Program-made: the position numbers and the translations under genes | Notes under the pieces: generated by a model | The model's input: the letters and a program-made list of their open reading frames with translations, nothing else | Databases searched by the model: none | Told to the model about the DNA's origin: nothing | Shown here: one piece after another, positions 59,232-64,000 of the stretch | Position numbering within the stretch: the first letter of the stretch is position 1 | Layout of the letters: every line of letters begins with the position of its first letter | IMG/VR virus record: IMGVR_UViG_3300042924_003217 | Location: 2,073-66,072 of that record | From: a virus | Taxonomy: Duplodnaviria; Caudoviricetes | Direction: 5' to 3' (one strand) | DNA length: 64,000 nucleotides

Positions 59232-59474
59232 ATGGACACCGGATTCGTGATTTCGGATATGGTTACGATCAGCAAGACATTGGGGTTCATTCCCAATGAG
59301 CTTCGCCCTATGGGCTGGGTTTGGTACGTGGACGGCAACGAGTGTCGCATCCTTGCCAAGTCCGGCAACCGCCACCCCTACCACGCTCCCGATTGGATCA
59401 TCGAGGGACTCTTTGGCGATGCGGAGGGGGTTACCATCATTCCGACCAAACCGCGAGCTAAGCCCTTGACTTAG
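59232..59474 (+). CDS. Hypothetical protein
   Basis: Short ORF; start uncertain. Confidence 0.4.
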   Translation: MDTGFVISDMVTISKTLGFIPNELRPMGWVWYVDGNECRILAKSGNRHPYHAPDWIIEGLFGDAEGVTIIPTKPRAKPLT

Positions 59475-59495
59475 TCACACTCAACACCACATAGT
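59466..59495 (+). promoter_or_regulatory. Sigma70-like promoter
   Basis: TTGACT-N18-CATAGT; same spacing as the promoters at 10148 and 22270. Confidence 0.5.
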
Positions 59496-59501
59496 AGCGG
59501 T

Positions 59502-59586
59502 GCAGGCTGTGCTGCCTGCTTCTGCTCCTTGTTGTTGTTGTTCATCAAGACCCCGGTGCTGCTTAGCGGTGCCGGGGTTCTTGCTT
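59502..59586 (+). ncRNA. Candidate small regulatory RNA
   Basis: Promoter, 5' hairpin, single-stranded CUCCUU(GUU)4, 13-bp 3' hairpin with three G-U pairs. Confidence 0.45.
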
Positions 59587-59594
59587 ACTGACAC

Positions 59595-59670
59595 TGGAGC
59601 CGTGTACAGGAATCGAACCTGCAACCGCCTGCTTACAAGGCAGGTGCTCTACCGATTGGGCTAACACGGC
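59595..59670 (-). tRNA. trnT: tRNA-Thr(UGU)
   Basis: Cloverleaf: GCCGTGT/ACACGGC acceptor, CCTGC-CTTGTAA-GCAGG anticodon arm, GGTTCGATTCC T-arm, encoded CCA; 76 nt. Confidence 0.96.
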
Positions 59671-59742
59671 AAAAGGGAAGCGCCCCAATAGTGCACGGAA
59701 CGTGTGTTAGGGGCAAGGGGTTCTGTGTTGTTGTGTGTTTGG

Positions 59743-59967
59743 CTAGGTGGGTGGCTTTTGGTTTTGGGGTTTTCCGTTCTTTGGGGGTTGGGTGAAGGGT
59801 TTGAGTTTTTGGGCTAGGGCTCTCTCTGTGGGGAGGGTTGCGGCGGCTGACGTTGGTTTGCCGGAATGGTAGATGAGGAGGGCTTCGTAGGCTTTGGTGT
59901 ACTGCTTGAGGGCGTCCCTTAGTTTCTCTTGTGCTTTTTGGAAGGCTTGTTGCGGGTTGCGCGGCAT
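59743..59967 (-). CDS. Hypothetical protein
   Basis: Start MPRNP; helical. Confidence 0.5.
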   Translation of the reverse strand: MPRNPQQAFQKAQEKLRDALKQYTKAYEALLIYHSGKPTSAAATLPTERALAQKLKPFTQPPKNGKPQNQKPPT

Positions 59968-60305
59968 GGTTTTGCGCGGGGTTCGGGTTTCTTCTTGATG
60001 AGGTCGGGGAAGATGGTGCGCAGCTTGAGCAGATCGCGGAGTGTTTTGGCGTCGTAGGTGAGGATGAGCGGGGGTTGCAGTTTGCGCTTTGCGCTGTCCC
60101 TGATGCTTTTGTTTACTACGTTGCAGTATCGTTCGGCGTCCCTGCCGAGGATGTTGTACAGGGTCCACTTGTTGTAGACGAGACGGCTGCAATGCAGTGC
60201 GTGGTCGATTGCGAGGCCGACAATGGCGTCGTCGCAGTTGGGGGTGCTGATGCTGGCGATGTTAGGGTAGAGCTTGCTGAAACGGGGCTCTGGTTTCTTC
60301 TTCAT
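59919..60305 (-). CDS. Hypothetical protein
   Basis: DDAIVG...RLVY motif; CA-rich leader. Confidence 0.6.
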   Translation of the reverse strand: MKKKPEPRFSKLYPNIASISTPNCDDAIVGLAIDHALHCSRLVYNKWTLYNILGRDAERYCNVVNKSIRDSAKRKLQPPLILTYDAKTLRDLLKLRTIFPDLIKKKPEPRAKPCRATRNKPSKKHKRN

Positions 60306-60317
60306 GTGCTGGTTGTG

Positions 60318-60893
60318 TTATTCGACGCTTGGAATGCTGTGTTGGCGGGTTAAGCCGCTGGGCCAGATGTGGGGGATGGGACCAAGGGACTTGTCGAGGA
60401 AGATGAGTTCGTTGGTGGCGCGGATGGCGATCCGGCCATGCCTGTCGTTGACCTCATCGGGAATTGCCGTGGTGATGGCTGACACCACAAACTCCTTGGC
60501 TTGATCGAGGTGGCGGCTGTACGGGTCGTTGCGCGGGATGATGGTGAAGAGGTAGCGCCCCCGGTATGAGCCAATCTCGCCATGGTTTTGCGCCCTGCTG
60601 AGGGTGGTTAATCCACGCAGGTAGCCGTACTCATGGACTTTCACGTCCTCGCTGTAGCAGTTCCACCATTGTAGGTCCTCTGGTGCCCATTCCGTGGCTT
60701 TTACGGGCAGATCGGTGCTCAACCGTAGGCTGCATAGGGGTATGTTGCGGTAGAGGGCTCCGTTGGCCAGCAATACGTGGCCACCGTATATACCGCCAAT
60801 GTTTGGCTGTATGGCGAACCAGACCCCTTCCTGTCGGTCCTTGCTGATGGTCCCGGCGTCGATGGTGACGTACTGGTGAACAGGGAGGTCCAT
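60318..60893 (-). CDS. Hypothetical protein
   Basis: 191-aa ORF in operon. Confidence 0.7.
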   Translation of the reverse strand: MDLPVHQYVTIDAGTISKDRQEGVWFAIQPNIGGIYGGHVLLANGALYRNIPLCSLRLSTDLPVKATEWAPEDLQWWNCYSEDVKVHEYGYLRGLTTLSRAQNHGEIGSYRGRYLFTIIPRNDPYSRHLDQAKEFVVSAITTAIPDEVNDRHGRIAIRATNELIFLDKSLGPIPHIWPSGLTRQHSIPSVE

Positions 60894-60899
60894 GGTGTG

Positions 60900-61805
60900 T
60901 TAGCGTTGGCGGGTTGGCGAACCGTTGAGTAGCGCGACCCAATCGTAGATGCACGATAGCCAATCGTGACTGAAGAGGGTGTACTCTTGGTAGGCGCGGC
61001 AGGCTTCCCGGAAGGCTCTGGGGTTGCCGCGATAGAAGCTGAGTGCTGCCTTGGCGTCCTCCACGTACTCCTCGTCAGGGGTACGGCAGATGATTCCCTG
61101 TCTCCCGTTGGCGTAGCCGACCAAGGCGCTCAGGACAAGGCGTCCTGCTGCTGACCCCTCAAGGATCGGCAGGCCCACGGTCTCACTACTGCTCGTCACC
61201 ATGACCGCGTCGCACTTCAGGTAGAAGCCAGCCATGCAGAGGTGGTGGTACTTGTTATGCATGACCTTGGTTAGACCCAGTTCGTCACAGACCCGCAGGA
61301 ACAACCTGCCTCGTTTGATCTCTGGCCCATGGGAGAGCCATGCCTCCATGGCACCGGCGTAGCCAACTGTGTTGAGGCTGGTTGGCGGCTCGGCACGGAA
61401 GTGCTCAGCGTCAATGCCGATCTGCACGACCTGCATGGGTCGCGTAACACCCATCGCCGCGCTCGTCTCGACCAAGTCCTCCGTGACCCCAGCATAACCA
61501 TACAACGTGTTGAAGAACTCAGTGCCATGCTCATGGACCGCAATGGCGATGTCCCGCTCACAATGAGCGACCGCCACAATGCGACTATTTGGGATCCCGC
61601 CGCTGTTGAGGATGTGAACCGCTTCAGGGTGCGTCACGAACAGGTCGTACTTGTCGTGCAGCATCTTCATCTCATCCACCGTGTAGTTGACCGTCCAGTC
61701 GAGGAGGTGTGCGTAGATGTCCTGCGCGTAGAGCCGCTTGATCAGCGCATGGTGGATCTGGGCATAAGCCCAGCGTGGTTGTGTAAAGAAAAGGACTGAT
61801 TTCAT
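60900..61805 (-). CDS. Glycosyltransferase, GT-B/GT4-like (paralogue of 23755..24687)
   Basis: ETVGLPILE (EX7E); shared FF...WA...IH..L, SL.TVGY.G, AAGRLV...VG. Confidence 0.88.
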   Translation of the reverse strand: MKSVLFFTQPRWAYAQIHHALIKRLYAQDIYAHLLDWTVNYTVDEMKMLHDKYDLFVTHPEAVHILNSGGIPNSRIVAVAHCERDIAIAVHEHGTEFFNTLYGYAGVTEDLVETSAAMGVTRPMQVVQIGIDAEHFRAEPPTSLNTVGYAGAMEAWLSHGPEIKRGRLFLRVCDELGLTKVMHNKYHHLCMAGFYLKCDAVMVTSSSETVGLPILEGSAAGRLVLSALVGYANGRQGIICRTPDEEYVEDAKAALSFYRGNPRAFREACRAYQEYTLFSHDWLSCIYDWVALLNGSPTRQR

Positions 61806-61856
61806 GGTCTGTTGTTCAGAAGCGTAAAGAAAAGGGCTGTTTTGTTGGCACGTCGC

Positions 61857-62129
61857 TCATGACTGGGCCTCCTCTTCCCATTTCCCAATCGTGCGCAGGA
61901 AAGCCTCGGCACGCTGCGGGGCGGTGGCGTCAATGGCCTCAAACGTACCAGTCAACTCGATCAGCCGGTTCCGATACCACCTCAACTGATCCTTTTTAAG
62001 CGATTGGGTCGCTTCGTGCATCGCGTTGAGATCATTGAGGTAGTCGGGTAGTCCATGAAAAGCTTTTACTATCTCATCTTTCCACCCGCACGCTTCCGCG
62101 ATGGCAATCCGTTGTGATCGTGGACTCAT
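61857..62129 (-). CDS. Conserved small phage protein (ABA-sandwich-like motif)
   Basis: IAIAEACGW, PDYLNDLNAMHEA, ATA.QRAEAFLRTIGKW. Confidence 0.75.
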   Translation of the reverse strand: MSPRSQRIAIAEACGWKDEIVKAFHGLPDYLNDLNAMHEATQSLKKDQLRWYRNRLIELTGTFEAIDATAPQRAEAFLRTIGKWEEEAQS

Positions 62130-62428
62130 GGCTTGGCCTCCTTGCGGGCGGCGTTGATAGCAGCGCGAAGATCGATGCAGATGCCCATGTTTTCAGGACA
62201 TGGGTGGCCGGTCTCTACTTTCTTGTGCAGGACGAAAGCCTCTAAGACTTCGCTCGCCGTTCTCACTAGCCGCTCTCGACTCTCTCGCAGCGCGGTGTTG
62301 TCGCGTTCGAGTTCGCGGGTGAATTCGGGGGAAACAAACTCTTGCGGCTCAGACGAAAGCCCCCAATGTCCGACAAAAGCAACGTCCACGTCTCGGACCG
62401 CTGCGTCAGTTCGTGGAGTGTCGCTCAC
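62126..62428 (-). CDS. Modular accessory coiled-coil protein
   Basis: Same N-module as ORF 1..280 but a different C-module after LERDNTALRE; ends NAARKEAKP. Confidence 0.8.
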   Translation of the reverse strand: MSDTPRTDAAVRDVDVAFVGHWGLSSEPQEFVSPEFTRELERDNTALRESRERLVRTASEVLEAFVLHKKVETGHPCPENMGICIDLRAAINAARKEAKP

Positions 62429-62647
62429 GGCTGCGCCTCCTTTCGGGCTTTAATTAAAGCCGTATTTGCGATTGACGGACAATCGCAACCGTAAGGGCAA
62501 ATGCCGTCTCCATGCGGTGAATTCTGATCATATTTGGCTATCGTCTTTAACGCCTCTAGCAGCGCGGAGTTTTGGTTCACAAGTACGCTTATCTCATCCC
62601 AACTGACTTTCATCTTTTCACGCAATGCCGCGTTTTCGCGTTCAAGC
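62301..62647. repeat. 347-bp direct repeat, copy 2
   Basis: Identical to 153..499. Confidence 0.95.
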
Positions 62648-63279
62648 ACCCCAAGACGAATCTTGAGTTCCGCCGACTCCTGCGCCCACTCACGGTTGGA
62701 CTCGCTCTGCTGTTTCTGCTGCGCGAAAAGAGCCGTACGCAACTCGTTGCGGTCATCGCGCAGCGCAGCGTTGTCGCGTTCGAGCACCTCGAAAGCATCG
62801 GACCACTTGAGCCCCTCGTATCCGTTTTCGGAGGTAGGGGGGCATTGGTACACGTCACGACGCAGCTCGGCGTTCTCGCGTTCGAGTCGCTCCACCTTAC
62901 CGAGCAGAGCGCACTCGCGCTCGCCGCCCTTTCCGAGCAGCACGCATTGCTCGGCGTTCTCGCGTTCGAGTTGTTGCACTTTCTGCAACAGTTCCTCCGA
63001 CTCGTGGATGGCCCACGGCTGGCTGGCCTGCGACACGCGCTCGCAGATGAGGTCGTTCAGCTCCTTGGCCTTCAGGACGAGCGGCTCCATCTTCTCGTGG
63101 ACCGCTTTGAGCTGACGCTCGATGTCGCCGAAACGTGCGACCTCGTACCTCAGGCCGTTGGCCGCGTTGGTCATCTCGATCATCCGGGCGTGCACTTCCT
63201 TCGGCGTCCGCGTCTGCTGCGTGCGCTGCCTCGCGTCGTGCTCGGCGATGATGTCACTGACAATCGTGTTCGTGCTCAT
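62425..63279 (-). CDS. Multi-module accessory coiled-coil protein
   Basis: Four LER(E/D)NA motifs separating modules found in other ORFs. Confidence 0.85.
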   Translation of the reverse strand: MSTNTIVSDIIAEHDARQRTQQTRTPKEVHARMIEMTNAANGLRYEVARFGDIERQLKAVHEKMEPLVLKAKELNDLICERVSQASQPWAIHESEELLQKVQQLERENAEQCVLLGKGGERECALLGKVERLERENAELRRDVYQCPPTSENGYEGLKWSDAFEVLERDNAALRDDRNELRTALFAQQKQQSESNREWAQESAELKIRLGVLERENAALREKMKVSWDEISVLVNQNSALLEALKTIAKYDQNSPHGDGICPYGCDCPSIANTALIKARKEAQP

Positions 63280-63674
63280 GGCTGGGCCTCCTCCGGGCGG
63301 GCGATTTCCTTGGCCAGCTTGCGGCACAAGTGATCGTAGGCGAAGCGGAACACGTCGAACTTGGACGATTCAATCGTCTCCGGCGAGAAGGCGTAATCAA
63401 TCCGCAGGGACTTCCCGGCGCGTTCGCCGCAGACACTGATCACCACCGAGTGGATGGGCGGCTCGGAAGAACGATCTTCTCCCTGCGGCCACTTCAGCGC
63501 GTCCAACGCGGAAGCGAGATTGCGCTCCGCCCAGTACAGGCGCACCGACAAGGACTCGATCATCTCGGCAGCGTGACGTGCCGTCTGCGGCGCGGCGTCG
63601 CCGTTGCGCTCGTCCTCGGACTCCTGCATGATGCGGAGGTCGCGGACGAGTCTGAATGCGTCGGGGGTGCTCAC
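63276..63674 (-). CDS. Hypothetical protein
   Basis: N-terminus paralogous to 1539..1739; ends EEAQP with ATGA overlap. Confidence 0.75.
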   Translation of the reverse strand: MSTPDAFRLVRDLRIMQESEDERNGDAAPQTARHAAEMIESLSVRLYWAERNLASALDALKWPQGEDRSSEPPIHSVVISVCGERAGKSLRIDYAFSPETIESSKFDVFRFAYDHLCRKLAKEIARPEEAQP

Positions 63675-63913
63675 GACTTGTTCTCCTTCGCCTTTTTGAT
63701 CTGCCTCTTCACTGCGATCAGCTCGGCAGCTTGGTCGGTGAGGACTTCGATGGACGTGGCCCCGAGAAGAGTGAGCAACGAGTACACCTCGTCGTTCGTC
63801 TTGGCGACCCAGACGGTGCCGGGCTTGGATTCGGTGGACAGGTCGAGGATCATGTACCCGTTCTCGACGCGGCGAAGAAGGTACGGGCTTTCTTTGGGTT
63901 TCTTTGAGGACAT
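63671..63913 (-). CDS. Hypothetical protein
   Basis: RRVENGY motif; GTGA overlap. Confidence 0.7.
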   Translation of the reverse strand: MSSKKPKESPYLLRRVENGYMILDLSTESKPGTVWVAKTNDEVYSLLTLLGATSIEVLTDQAAELIAVKRQIKKAKENKS

Positions 63914-64000
63914 GTGCTGTATGGGTTGTGGGATTACTGGACGAAAAGGTTTAGCTCCGGCGGGGCGGCGGGACGGTGGGCTGCGGGATCGTGTTCACGG

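Overview
The window looks like most of a tailed dsDNA bacteriophage genome with a podovirus-type gene set. No integrase, DNA polymerase or tape-measure gene is visible, and the host cannot be read from the sequence. From left to right it holds: a minus-strand array of small overlapping accessory ORFs (1-4.2 kb); a plus-strand replication/recombination block (PD-(D/E)XK exonuclease, primase-helicase, RuvC-like resolvase, DnaQ-like exonuclease; 4.3-11.1 kb); and a long minus-strand late region (terminase, portal, scaffold, tail nozzle/adaptor, ejection proteins, four collagen-like fibres, tail fibres and chaperones, three 2OG-Fe(II) oxygenases, holins; 11-54 kb). Within the late region the probable major capsid gene sits alone on the opposite strand. 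The right end has galE, a G-run/skew switch, a probable early region with repeated palindromic operators, a tRNA-Thr(UGU), and a second small-ORF array related to the one at the left end. Strongest candidates for novel biology: (1) small genes assembled from shuffled modules joined at recurrent coding microhomologies (LERENAALRE and KEAxP/ATGA); (2) a virion-glycosylation toolkit (about six glycosyltransferase-like genes, GalE, an FkbM methyltransferase, oxygenases) paired with Thr-rich collagen fibres and a Thr tRNA; (3) several unannotated structured RNAs, including an sRNA candidate complementary to the CA-rich ribosome-binding regions of several phage genes. All family calls come from motif recognition by eye, with no database searches.
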